64,000 nucleotides of DNA from Tubiluchus corallicola (GCA_030141605.1 JAQGDQ010000692.1:15489-79488), one strand, 5' to 3'; positions 36,301-63,118 are shown, counted from the stretch's first letter. A program made the numbers and translations. Notes: generated from the letters alone by a model not told the origin.

Positions 36301-37253
36301 GCGATACTAACCTCACGATACGATACATATCGCGATACTAACCTCACGATAAGATACATATCGCGATACTAACCTCACGATAAGATACGTATCATGCTAC
36401 ACATTGAGTTAACGTCTGCAGGTTTTAATAAAAAGAACTAGATTATGTTGTTGATATATTATATGTATATATTAGATTCACCAAGCAATTTTAATTTTGG
36501 TAAGTGCTAAAATAATTCAGCGAATTGTTTGATTTCTGTTTATGCTCTTGTATTATTTGCATTGTAAGCCACCAGAAATGCAAAACATTTCAATACTTTT
36601 TGATTTAAAATATGCAGGCACATTTTCTAGTTCACATTTGCTGCAAGCCACTTCAGAAACTTATAAACAGCAACGTAATTAGCCTATGATACATTATTAT
36701 AACACATTGCCTTCCTTTGGCTGGTTGCTAGCAGCAGGTCTGTCTGTGTCTGTGGCAAATTTTTTTAACTTTCATACAAGTGGAGGGTTTTCTTGTACTT
36801 TAAGTCCTTGTACTAAACTCCATCTTCAGGGAATCAATGTACATGTTAGCGCAATCTCTTACAGTTTGGCTTGGTTCTGGTTTCAGTTACAGCAGGCTGT
36901 TGCTAATATTATATACAATAAACTCTGTTTTATTCAGTTTAGTGTAGACCCACTAAGTGTAAAACTGCAGTTTCATAACTAGCAGAAATCTTCATTCCAA
37001 AAAACTGCAGGTAATTCCTTGGCCTGAATTTGATGTATGAGCATGGAAAATATTAAATTAGGGATTTATATATTGTTCTTCAAAATTGAAAGCATTACTT
37101 AAAGTGTCAGCCACTTCATGTTTGTTTCAGAAGCTTCACAATATTATGAAGGAAGCATGGGACAAGGAAGGGTCTCCTTTTAGAGGACAGCCATTTGACC
37201 CATCAAAGCTCAAGTTTAACTTGGGTGGTTCTCTAAACTTGGACACACATTAA
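33351..37253 (+). CDS. NUDCD3: NudC domain-containing protein 3-like (CS/p23 domain + C-terminal region); exons 33341(ATG 33351)-33473, 34460-34597, 35999-36187, 37131-37253; about 190 aa from first ATG
   Basis: In-frame GT-AG exons giving YNGAVRKNYSWSQ, KINKEESMWTL, WWDALLEGEEKID, YDHHQKLRGKP, AWDKEGSPFRGQPFDP, all characteristic of NUDCD3. True 5' end uncertain. Confidence 0.88.
33780..34390. repeat. Dispersed repeat family B (other copies about 380-715 same orientation; about 15350-15890 inverted)
   Basis: Shared blocks AAGCAAAACCGGAC, GCGGTAAATTT..AATTTGAATTTTTATCTT, ATCTATTATTTAATTATCAGAAA; spurious ORFs at 15307 and 34094 share ILIYYLIIRNAF. Confidence 0.75.
36196..36400. repeat. 31-bp CGATAC-rich tandem repeat following a TAGGGCT..AACGAT MITE-like terminus
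   Basis: Unit CTCACGATA(A/C)GATACATATCGCGATACTAAC, about 5 copies, starting just after the NUDCD3 donor site. Confidence 0.8.
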
Positions 37254-38187
37254 TGCTACTAATGTTATTATTTTTCCAAGCACAAAGCAGTTTTTTTAAA
37301 GCGTGAATATATACCTCTTGCACTTTTCTATCTGTTTACATAGTTATAAAAATATTGAAACAATCAAAGTGCATTTTAAACAAAATTGATATTATTTTTG
37401 ATACCTTTGATGCACTTATTAGTATCATTTTTGTCCTTGAAGTTGAAAGTTACTGACAATTTTGGTTGCTGTACATTATCAGTTTTTCATTTTACTCTTA
37501 AAATACTGAATACTTCTCACAAGGTCGAAAAACTTTGTGTCTTACCAGCCTGCCTAACTTCGGGTATCACCGGATTATATCGACAGATTGAACATTCACT
37601 CCTCAAAACAGTGATCCGACTATTTGGCAAACTTCAGCAGGCATAGATTTGACCTGCTTATGACGTATTTAATGAAGGACTAGACGCTTACGTGAACTGT
37701 ATATGACCTTTTTAAAAAAGTATGAATAGTCGTACGTAACAACTGGCAATCCTTGAGAAGACTCTGTCACAATATGGAGTGCAAAAAATATCAGATAAAG
37801 TGAATTTAAAAGTTAAAACAAGAATTTTTTATTAAAAATCAAACAGTGCTCGAATACAAAATTAAAATTTTAAGTCTTAACAGCTCAAACATTCACATAC
37901 TAACATCGATAGGAGTAATACTTGAATACTAATTAAATCACTAATTAAATAACTAAGTATCTCAGGAATTTAATAATCAATACATTCCAGGAACAAAGAA
38001 TAACACCACAATACTGGCAATAGTATCATTAATAAATGGCAGTGATAATTTCGCTTCACACTAACAGATGCCCTCATTATGAACACAAAAATTGGCCGGT
38101 CTCTGTCAGATCACGGCAAGGTCCGCTAGACCTAGCAATATTGCAGTTGAAACTCCTAGGAGTGCATTACATATCTCGCAATTGGCA

Positions 38188-39045
38188 TCCAGAATGAGGG
38201 GGGCACTAGATGCTAGCCATCCAGTGAGAGAGGGGCACTAGATGCCAGCCATCCAGTGTGAGAGGTACTAGACTCCAGCCATCCAGTATAAGGGGGGCAC
38301 TAAATGCCAGGTCTCATGATTGGCATCTAATGTGAGAGGGGTACTAGACACCGAGCTTCCAGTGTGAAGGGGCACTAGACACCGAGCTTCCAGTGTGAGG
38401 GGACACTAGACACCGAGCTTCCAGTGTGAGGGGGCACTAGACACCGAGCTTCCAGCGTGAGGGGGCACTAGACACCGAGCTTCCAGTGTGAGGGGGCACT
38501 AGACACTGAGCTTCCAGTGTGAGGGGGCACTAGACACCGAGCTTCCAGTGTGAGGGGGCACTAGATACCGAGCTTTCAGTGTGAGGGGACACTAGACACC
38601 GAGCTTCCAGTGTGAGGGGGCAATAGACACCGAGCTTCCAGTGTGAGGGGGCACTAGACACCGAGCTTTCAGTGTGAGGGGGCACTAGATACCGAGCTTT
38701 CAGTGTGAGGGGGCACTAGACACCGAGCTTCCAGTGTGAGGGGGCACTAGATACCGAGCTTCCAGTGTGAGGGGGCACTAGACACCGAGCTTCCAGTGTG
38801 AGGGGGCACTAGATACCGAGCTTCCAGTGTGAGAGGTACTAGACTCCAGCCATCCAGTATAAGGGGGGCACTAAATGCCAGGTCTCATGATTGGCATCTA
38901 ATGTGAGAGGGGTACTAGACACCGAGCTTCCAGTGTGAGGGGGCACTAGACACCGAGCTTCCAGTGTGAGGGGGCACTAGACACCGAGCTTCCAGCGTGA
39001 TGGGGCACTAGATACCGAGCTTTCAGTGTGAGGGGGCACTAGACG
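38188..39045. repeat. 31-bp GC-rich minisatellite, about 26 copies, between NUDCD3 and vanin 3' ends
   Basis: Unit CCAGTGTGAGGGGGCACTAGACACCGAGCTT; a divergent block at about 38258 recurs at about 38829. Confidence 0.95.
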
Positions 39046-39491
39046 CGAGGCTTCCTGTTGCCTAAAGAGTTACAGTTACTGCCATTGTATACAATTATTA
39101 TAAGATAATACTCAACACCCCGTTTTTTCTATCTCATGTAATAATTATGTGACTAGTCTAATTTCTCTGACACTGATGCCGCACATGAAGGATGCAATGC
39201 AAGGTTTGTCAGAGAAAGACTAAATTATACATATATATACCTAAAGCTAAAAATTAATACACTAAACTATTGAGTATGCTCTATTATGCAGTTTGACAAA
39301 TATAATCTCAAGTCTCATTTAAAACAACTAATTAGATAAATTCTAATAACATAATTAATATCAAACTAATTTTAAAACTGAACTAACTTAGCAACGAAGA
39401 CAGATATATTAATAACGCTATAAACATAAAGAGTAAAACTTCTACTTTCCTGTATTACTTGGAAATGGACTAGAACTGACCGTGTTTCAAA

Positions 39492-42400
39492 TCAATAAAA
39501 GTAGCCAAACAAACCGACACTGTGCACTCCGCCTTTAACGCCACGATTGCTGTACAGCGAAGCAGGTTTAGCGCTGTATCCCCACTGATCAACAGGAGTG
39601 ACAAGCGCGCCGTTAGACAATACACTGGGAACGACGAAATCCGTGCTAAAATTTCCAGACAATTTGAAGCGTTCGAACGAGGTGTATGCATTGAAAACGG
39701 GTTCCACGCACGACGTGTAGTTTGTATCCGCACATTTGGTCATCACGCACAGCTCAAAGTGGAGCGATTCACTCTGCCTCGTGAATACGCGATCGGCAAC
39801 TAGCAAGGCATACAGCTCAGACTTCATACCAGATTTGACTGCATACTCAAAAGTGCAGCACAAATTGTTATCACAGACGGTTACGGCATCTGACGATTTG
39901 AGCAAAAGTCCAACCGAGAACTTCAGGCCTAATTTAGACAGCTTCTTAATCTCAACATTTCCGGTTGCCTGTGTCCCTTCCTCAGACGTTGATTGAGACT
40001 GTACGTGGTCTTCTACTGTATGCGTTGTTACCTTCTGGGGAAATGCCAACGATGAGTCTAACTTCTGCGGTTTGCACGGAAGCTCACTGACCACGAGTTT
40101 GCCTTTGCCAATTACATGATTATATGTATGTGCTAACGGACCTTTTAATCCACTGTAAATTCCACTGCCGGAGAATGCAGGATAGACTGAGTGTTTTCCA
40201 TAGTGTATGTTGGCAGATAACATGTTAACGCCGGTCCTAAGTGCCCATCCCGGATGAACTTGAGTTGCGGCAGATACTGGAAGGTAGTCGGGCCAAGCTG
40301 TCGAAAATACTACATTATCAATGCCTTCTGTTTTGAGAATTTTCAACGAAGTATCAGGAAATAAAAGGTCGAAGCAGATGATCACAGCAAAACGACCAAA
40401 TTTGGTTTCAAACACGGGCAGTGGATCACTCAGGGGTCGCCGGTTTATGTGTGGCTCGTCATAAGGGTGACGTTTTCTCGATTTTCCCATCAGCCTCCCT
40501 TCCTCGTCTATCACCAGATTTGCGTTATACAGCCAGAAACCATCATCAGGGCATCCCGCATCTTCATCGTTGTCGCATCTACTAATTTCCATTACATTAG
40601 CTACAACGGTGATAGAGTTGTTCATTGCGGCACAGCTTAAGGTGTTGAGGAGAGCATTTTGTCCCGGGTTTGAGCAGAAGTTGTACGATTCCCCACGAGG
40701 GTCGGGTACGGTTGTTCCAAATGCGGCAAACGCTTCTCTAGTGGCATCTTTATGGTGTTCCGGTATGCCAACTAAACCGTATTCCGGGAAAACAATTATG
40801 TTAGCACCCTGTAATAAAATTTATAAAATTGAAATTAGCCTTTGTCGCAGATCACTGCCAAGCTTACTAGCGGTTGTTTTGTTACGCTCATGCAAGAACA
40901 CATGTAACAAGGTGTAGCAGGGTGGATGTACACACACTATAACTTTAGAATAGTAGTATTCTGAGAGACAAAAGTCTAGAAGCAATTTGCATTCAGAGAA
41001 ACATGGAATTAAAACTTCTGTAACTAATGATCATTCAGTTGTTGGTTTATCAATGTTATACATTGGTTGGTACAGTTTGAGTACTTTGCAAAATGTTCTG
41101 GGTTGGCTCACAAATTTTCAAGAAGGGTAGCGTTTTCGGCAGGTCAAATTAAGTCAATTCAAAATTTAGCAAAAAGCACGGAAGAAACATCCTCACCAGT
41201 GACCGCTAATTACATACTAATTTCAGGCTCATCTGTTTTACTTTCAACAAATTATAATGAATATAGCAGTAATGTTACTCCAATATGGAAAAATGCATTT
41301 ACTTTTTTAATCAAGAAATGGGCGCATTACCCATTAAGTTAATAACCTTAGGCCAGGGGTGTGCAAATTGCGGCCCGCTGAGAGAATTTGAGCGGCTCGG
41401 GTGATTAATTGAGTGTGTCCAGCTGAAGTCCGTGCCACGATCCCAAAGATAGTGCGGGTAGTTTTTTCTACTAGATCGGATGCCATTAACCCTTACAAGA
41501 CGGTTGTAGCTTAATGTCACTGTAGTACACAAACTGTGTGATACACATTACTAATATGCATTGTAATGAAATTACCACTATCTGTCCTGAAAGTAGAAAT
41601 ATATGGTTTGTAATATAAATTTTAATAACTTCTAAAATAGTTTCTTGAGTGTAGTAGTAATGATGTACGCAGGTCGGATGCAAAAAATCGTTATTAGGCC
41701 TTTCTGTACTTGGGTCCTTGATCAAACTGCCTGTGGCTCGCAGGAATTGCGGGAAAGTTTAATGTGGCCCGGCTAGTCAGATAATTTGCACACCCCTGCC
41801 TTAGGCCTCAGAATCCTGAAACAAATAACCAATTAAACAGACAATATGTTATTTCAGTAGACACGATAACAAAATTATTTAAACTGAACACGTGAAATAC
41901 GACCATATTTATTTTTATTTTTCATACACTGCTAGTAAGCACTTGAGCGATTGAGCCTACGTTACACACAAAATAGACCCACGTTAGACCCACACATTTC
42001 AACGCAGAACCTAGGTCATTTGGCCACATATGCCATTTAGACACAAGAATTTGACCTTTATACAGTAGGACATGTACAGCATATTTTTTGTTTCCAACGT
42101 GCTCATCAGAAGCAACCTCGATGACAGACAAACAAAATCATTCCCATTTATCACGACTAATGACAAAAGCTCTTGATAAGTCTGTACACAATTTGAAGAA
42201 GAACTCCATAACATTTTTAACAGCTTCTGAGAAATTTGACAGCAATCTGACCAATCCGGGATAGTTCGATATTTATTAATTTTAAAGGTTAGATTTAACC
42301 AAATAGATGCACATTTGTGCTCATATTTTGCTGTGTGAATAAACTTCAGGATCAGCAGTTTCGCACAATAAACCTTTTCACAGTTTTGTTGTGTGCACGC

Positions 42401-43075
42401 ACAGCTGCTGTAAGTCAAAGGTTAAGTGTACGCCGGCAACGCGTTTTTAATATAACCGTCATGTGACATGTGTGTAAAGTATCAGTCGTATCAGTTCAGC
42501 AACTTCACTTGTCTTACGTGTACTTTATTCAATTATGCATTAGTCTGTGCATAGAATGATTTACTAGCAGGACCTTACTTGAAAAGCAAGAAAAAATGAA
42601 CTAGGTAAGGTTCGAACTAGTTGTTAAAACTGTTACTATTACAGTGGCTTGGGCTGCAAGCTGCTGTCAGGTGTAAACAAATGCGTTGTCTGGTACACTT
42701 AACCTTTGACCTTTTCACAATCATCATCAATTGCTGGAACGGTGAAAAGGCTTATAGGATGTAGAGTTGTGCATAGCTTATAAGTTTAGGTCCTTCGTTT
42801 ATTTGACAGCCTTAGGCCCGCAAAGCCCTTAATGCACCCCTGTCGAGGAGTAAGATTCATCTTTACAAAGAAAGCCTTACCTCTGAAGCAGCCTGGCGAA
42901 CTTGAGAGACATAGACATCCAAGTTTTTCATCAGAGTTTTTTGAGGTGTTTGTTGTGCAGTAACCGGGGAATGCTCATAAACGGCAGCTTTGTAAGTGCA
43001 CTGGTCGTTTTTGGATTCCTCCGATCTTGTGCAGTAGCTTGAAAGTAGCAGTACAAGACATACTAGACATGCCAT
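39492..43075 (-). CDS. Vanin/biotinidase-family carbon-nitrogen hydrolase (pantetheinase-like), exons 43075-42881 and 40808-39492, about 503 aa, secreted
   Basis: Signal peptide MACLVCLVLLLSS; YKAAVYEH; nitrilase triad IIVFPEYG (E), KSRKRH (K), ICFDLLF (C); GSGIY; vanin C-domain with CDNNLCC, ending GLFGYFY with no GPI signal. Phase-0 GT-AG intron. Confidence 0.9.
41354..41798. mobile_element. hAT MITE family A, full copy in opposite orientation, in vanin intron
   Basis: Same TIRs; perfect 8-bp TSD CCTTAGGC. Confidence 0.92.
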
Positions 43076-43314
43076 ATTGAAACGGGAAGTGGACCTTGAA
43101 TACTCCATTCCTGCAATATCACAATAACACCTGTGTGAGAGGGTACTAGACTTCAGGTAGCCAGCATAAGGGGGGCACTAAATGCCAGGCATCCAGTATG
43201 AGGGGGTACTAGATGCCACTTGAATACTCCATTCCTGCAATATCACCTGTAGCAGACTTAGCCTTTTTTTGTTAAATTTGTTTGCAAATTCGTGCATGAG
43301 GCGCCATCTGTGGT

Positions 43315-43552
43315 GGGAATGTAAAGCTTTTGGTTTTGGTCAGTTTTTCAGTTTGTTACCTGCTAGTCACCTGTCTGTTTTACTCACCTGTGCTCTGAAC
43401 AGTCAGGTTAATCCACTTTATGGGATATGTAAGACTGTGGCGGGAATGTAAAGCTTTTGGTTTTGGTCAGTTTTTCAGTTTGTTACCGCTAGTCACCTGT
43501 CTGTTTTACTCACCTGTGCTCTGAACAGTCAGGTTAATCCACTTTATGGGAT
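43315..43552. repeat. Tandem duplication, 2 x about 127 bp period
   Basis: GGGAATGTAAAGCTTTTGGTTTTGG...CCACTTTATGGGAT present twice. Confidence 0.9.
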
Positions 43553-46500
43553 CTGTTGGACATTTATGTACTGATTATGTTACAATAGAGCATTCAGTGG
43601 TATTAACCTCTGTTGACAGTGTTTCTGTGACTACATCACCAATGATTTAGGTTTCCTAACAAGTGACTGTATGAAAGTGAATGTTGAGGTTTTGAGCAAG
43701 AAGTATGCATTTTAAGACTGCAAGAGTTGCGTAACTAAGGTTCAGTACTAAACTGATGTGAATTTAACGGCTGTTAAAGCTGCTTGACTCAAGGTCAAGT
43801 TATAAGTGGCAGCCAATCATAGTCTAACTGTCCAGTAATATTAAGTGGGAAGCGTAGGTGGGCTGCGTGGGTGCATATTTCTCTTATCAACAGATATCTA
43901 ATTAATCAGTATTTCACAAGATTTCTTCTCCACGTTGTGTTACCCAAAAGTAAAAGTTTTGCAAGATACCTTCGTAGAACTACACCTGACGGCTAATGCA
44001 GCAAAAATAATAATATTTTATCACTGATTAAAATCAACTAGGAAACAAAATAGAAGTTACACAGTAGAATGGGTTCCACGTTTCATATTAATGAACCTTG
44101 CCTTATTGCCAACCTCGCTATAGCACCACCTTTAGTGGTGTCCCAGACCTGGCGTTGTAACGAGGTTTGACTGTAGTTGGCTGATCACTGTTAATACTTG
44201 GATTTGAATTCACTTTCTGATAGAGAGTGCGCACCCATACTATCTGTAGAGGAGTTTTGCGTCCCGGGGCAACAAATTCTAAAGTAAAGATTTTACTTTT
44301 ATTTCTGCCAAACCCGGCGACAATGGCGAGCACCCGCGTATGTTTTCATTGTTTTGAAAAAACTTAGCAACTGTTGGGTATGAAAATTTTGAGATATTTG
44401 CCGAATGTCACGATCCCTGTGAAATCCTGTCTTAACCTCAAGTACGTCCAACTTAAAAATATTGAAATTCGACATAAACGCGTGCATGGTGTATTCGTAG
44501 TTTCGTATTACGCCTTGAAATTGATGGTTTCAAGTTTAGGGTAACAAAAATACCTTTAAATTAAAAATGTAACGAAAAAAACCCAAATCAATTCTAATTA
44601 CAGCAGCGTCAGCAATACAGTCGTTCTTTAGAATCTAATAAATTCTAGGTTGATTTCACTCTCCTCTGTTGCGCTACACCTACGACAAGCGACAAAAACA
44701 AGACAGTTCAATACGAAAACGATGTTATCGCTGCTGTCCTAAATTCAAAATGGCGGACAAAAAAACCTTCAGACGATGCATAATTAGCTGTTCCATATCC
44801 GTCTGAAGTTTCATGATTGGCAGAGTCCTGTGTTGTTTTCAAAAGGTTAGTCGTTCGTGTATGAGAAATAAACTTAAATCAAACACCAACAATAACAACA
44901 TCCAGAAAAGTCCCTTGACACTCGGTCCTCGACCAAAAAAATCCCACCTCGTAAGTTGTTGTTGCAAGATTAGGATAAAAGTTTAATGTGTCTGAATGTA
45001 CAGGTTACCACTGACAGATGCCTCTTCATATAATTAAGGAGTCGTGCACAGGAAGAAAAATGCTGTTATTATTATTCCTTTTCTCTGTAGACCAAGGGTG
45101 ACGCCATAATAATTGGTGCAACTCCTTGTTATGCACTAATAATTATTCTCATTTCCAGTAGCTGGGCTCGGTTTTGACTGACTCACCACTAAAGTTTATC
45201 ATTCTCAACAATTTCCTCATCGCATGACACATTCACATATTATGATATGCTTTTCTTATTTATGCTGTGCATAGTTAATGGCAATTAGTATTCTTTATCA
45301 ATTACTTTGAAATCTATGCATTTAAGCATGCAGCATAATTAGTATTCTAACCATGCTGTACTTCCTTACAAGTATCAAATTACGATGCTATTATATTTCC
45401 GAAACACATGCACAGCAAAATTTAACAAAAGTATTGCATTTACTTTAATACTAGTATAACATCCATATTCTATGTAGTTTAATAAAAGAAAGCTTATCTT
45501 CTGGAGTGACCGTTAATCATCAAAATTTGGTTTGCCGTCCATTGATAAAAGAATAGGTTATATATCTTTCTCATCCAACTTTTTGTAAAGCTTTAGAATT
45601 GCTGCAACCTTTGACTTTGAAACAAACATCAACAAGCCAGCTACTAACTGTCAGTAACTGCCACAGTAAATTTTTGCATCGTCAATTCCAGTCATTGCAT
45701 GGTATTATGGTTTCGAAAACAATGTTAAGTAATGAACAGAAAAGGTAGTGATGTCACTGTTGCCTTGACCTTTATGTTTTCATACCAAAAAGCAATGGTG
45801 TCCAGATGGGACCAACACACCTGTTACATAAGCTTTTGTCTAACCTGATTCAAATGCAAAGAGTAACGTTGATGTCAGCTGAATTCCCCGGTCATTCTGT
45901 TTGGTTCTGCTCCCGACCATGCTCTTCAAGAGCTGCACCCCCCGGCAAAAGATTATTGCACAACCTGTAGCTTCATCTGTTTTACTGAGACCGTATTGGA
46001 CCTTGTGATCTTAACCTGTGGGGCTATGACCTTTTGAACCTCAAATCAATGAATTTCCAGCCTTTGTGCAGGCCATCTGTCTGCTGATTATTGGTGGCTG
46101 ATTATAACTCCATCACGTTTGTTTTTATTACGCACGCAGCAAGTAAACAGACAGGCAGACAGGTAAATAAATGCCTCTACTACTGTTTTCACTATCGTCA
46201 TGGGTAATAACATCGTGTGTGTTCGTAATCTGCCTTGGGAATTAAGGAGATTGTTGATCTTGATGAAATTTTTTAGCCACAGCTAGTTTGAACTTTGCAG
46301 AACACGGCCGTGTTTAGAGGCGGTATCACTAACTGAAAATCAAACTACAACTGCGTTACAAAATATTATTATAATTATAATCATTTATTAGGATTATGCA
46401 GATTCATTCAGATAAGCACATAAATAAAATTATTATAGATTACCACAACAGTGTAGCAGTAATGTAAAATCGCTGTGTGGAGTTGTATTTTTTGTTTTAT

Positions 46501-46753
46501 TATAAGGTAAAGCAAATTTCCATCTGGATCAATATATTTTAGTCAAATTTAATCTGATGTTATCTGATCTAATCCCACCCGATCCAGTCCAATCTATTCT
46601 AGTCCGATTTAATCTAATCTAATCTAACGTGATCTAATCTAGTCTTGTCTCGTCTCATCTCATCTCGTCTTAACTAATCTGATCTAGTCTAATCTAACAG
46701 TAACAACCACAGTGCAATTCCTGCAATAATAATATAATATGTTGTTTTTTTAG

Positions 46754-60454
<13,701 letters not shown>

Positions 60455-62481
60455 AAAAACCACTTTGTTTTGCTAAACAAGACATTTTTAAAACACATTC
60501 AATTGTAGTATTAATTCATTCATCATAAATTCATTATTTATCTATTTTCACTGTTCCACACACATTTGTTTATAATTTTGAATTTAACATCTTTTAACTT
60601 TTTTGAGACTACCGTTTTTTTTTCCATTATTTTATTACGGATATTATTTACTGCACGAGAATTTTCCTCACCATTTTTAGTTGTTGTTGAGCTTCAAAAT
60701 TGACTGTTGTTAAATACATTGCCATGATTTTCATTTGTTGTTTGTGTTTTTATTCTGAATTTATTCTGAGCCCGTTTTAGACTTACTTATTTCTCTGTTA
60801 TCTTGGAAATGTGCCTGTCGTGTGGGACCAACTTTTTTCTTTCCTTTCTCATCACAATAATTTTTACACACATTTCAGTTTTACAGTTTAACGTCATTGG
60901 CTCGAATCTAGGGTTTTGTTTTGTTCAAATCAAGCTTAGTACTGATCAGAGAATGTTACAGCGTATGGGATGAAAGAAGCGCTAGGTAAATTAGGTAGCA
61001 CTTGAAAATTGTAGTTTTATTCATTCAAAGAGATTAATGTGCTGACGAAACATGCATAACAAGCTAGTAAAAATATTAGTTTTAATGCAACTTGCTGCTT
61101 CAAAACATACAAAAAATGACATGTCCAAAATGTGTTTTGACATATTGTCCCAACCACTATATATTGAAATAAGCAAAAGTGGTGTTTTGATGTTTTGATT
61201 GCAAACATTAGCTTTCTATGCACAGAAATTCTAGCAATATTTCACATTAGTGCTCGAAAATAAAAATAAAGTTACATAAATAATCAAAAATAAAGAGAAG
61301 AAGATTGAAAAACTATCAAATCACAATACGACCGGGAATGGAAGTTGACATAAATAAAGAGAGTAATATGAAAATAGCTCAACGATTTTCTGCTTTATCA
61401 TGCAGAGTGAACCAAACAGAACATGAAAAGAACGGGGAAATGTATGACCATAACGGAACGAAAACCTTACATGATTTAGAAGAATGAGATTAATATCAGA
61501 TCAAAAACTATTAAAATTTTGAGTGTGAAATTTCTTACAATGCAAATGTTAGCAGAGATACATTTAAATGAAAATAATGGCAATAGAGCTGCATGAAAAA
61601 GAATAAAGTTAGATAAACAAGTAAACTGTATCACCTTTTTCTGTACATTACTCTACATTACTTTACTTTACTGATACGTTTTACTATATCTAAAATTCTA
61701 GTAACATTTTCTCTGTGACAGCAGATGCTTTAAATGGCCACATGTAATAAAAAGTTTAAAAACACAAAATTTATTAACGTGAAGTTCTTGCTGTTGAGTT
61801 TTTCCAGCTTTCCATACCAATGTTCTATTAGCCAAAGTTGTCGCAGTGCGAAAATTGTACAAATTGTTTTTGACAAATTTTTACCACAAACGAGTACTTT
61901 TGAGGGAAGAAAACCGTGGACAATCTTAATAAAACATTCATTTGATGACACGCAACCACATGACTGCTTTTTATTGGTCTGACCTCATTTTGTCAAATTT
62001 AATAAAAATCTGAGTTTGACAAAAAGGTTGATAAAACAGCAACAGCTGATGACACGCAAAATTCAGACGAACTGTGCTGACAAATTTTGCATCGTTTGAA
62101 TTCCATACAAACTGGAAAGACACGATCTTCTCCAAGATCTGCTTTCTGTTTGGAAGCCCCAATTTGTTTTATAACATTCGTAGTTACAGCAAAATTCCCG
62201 TTGAGAGTACCGTCTCATTTATGTTCCATTTCCTGATGGCAAAGCATTTTTGCATTGTCTTTTTCAAACTCACAAGAGCTTACATGTTGGTATCTTTAAT
62301 TTCACAGCTTTCAGACTGCAGCCTGAGATGTAGAACGTGTCGGAATAATAGAATTATGTTTATTGTCATGCAAAACAATTGGCTTTGTTCTGCATTTCGA
62401 ATTCTTCATCTTTAAAGAATTTTTATCAATGAAAAATTTATTCTTGACTTACTTTTTTCCATTATAATTATAAAAATTCGA

Positions 62482-63118
62482 ATGATGGGTCTTTACATGG
62501 AGAACGTCATGGTGTTGTTTTTTATTATTTGCGCTTTATTTAAACCAGCCTTATGCAGGAACTGTGAGTCAATGATGGAAGATGAAGTCAATCGGATTTC
62601 ACCTTGCGTATTTGCAAATACCCAAAGTCCTTTTTCTGAAATGCCCAAGAACTGCGATTCTGTCTTGTGCTGGGATTTGACGAAACAGGAATTAGCTACC
62701 TTTTCCGCTTCACGTGTGAAAATCCCCATAAAACAAATTTGTGTTGCTCAATACGCAGATACAGAATTACCAGAGAATTTTCTGGCTGGTGTTGATGTCA
62801 AATTTCTAATCATTGAAAAGACACAAGTGGAACAGTTAACAAAAGGATGTATTTATGACGACTTCCGACATCTTAGGATTATAGAGATTAAGAGCAACGC
62901 CAGGCTGAAATTTATACATCCCAAAGCATTTAGCAGACTTTCTGCTCTTACAAGTATTCATATTAAGAAAAATCCAAATTTGACTGCATTAGATTTTGAC
63001 TTGACTGCGTCGCCAAAATTGACATCACTTATTATAGCAGAATGTACAAGTCTAGAAAGACTCACACCAACCTTCAGTTCAAACATAAAGCCTGGACGGC
63101 CATACATTAGATTCTATA
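62482..63118 (+). CDS. Secreted/cell-surface leucine-rich repeat protein, first coding exon (gene probably continues beyond window)
   Basis: Hydrophobic signal (VLFFIICALFKPALC), Cys-rich N-cap (ISPC), LRR-like units LRIIEIKSNARLKFIHPKAFSRL and LTSIHIKKNPNLT; strong donor A|GTAAGT after 63118. Confidence 0.75.

Noticed and set aside
38188-39045. 31-bp repeat as a CRISPR array or CTCF-site array
   Set aside because: No unique spacers, no cas genes, eukaryotic context. Only the 3' half (AGGGGGCACTA) matches the CTCF motif.
46455-46506. Candidate signal-peptide exon for the EGF-Ig gene (KIAVWSCIFCFII, donor AAG|GTAAAG)
   Set aside because: The ATG is immediately followed by TAA, and the hydrophobic frame ends in the wrong phase. 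Possibly a UTR exon, a mutation or an error, but not supportable.
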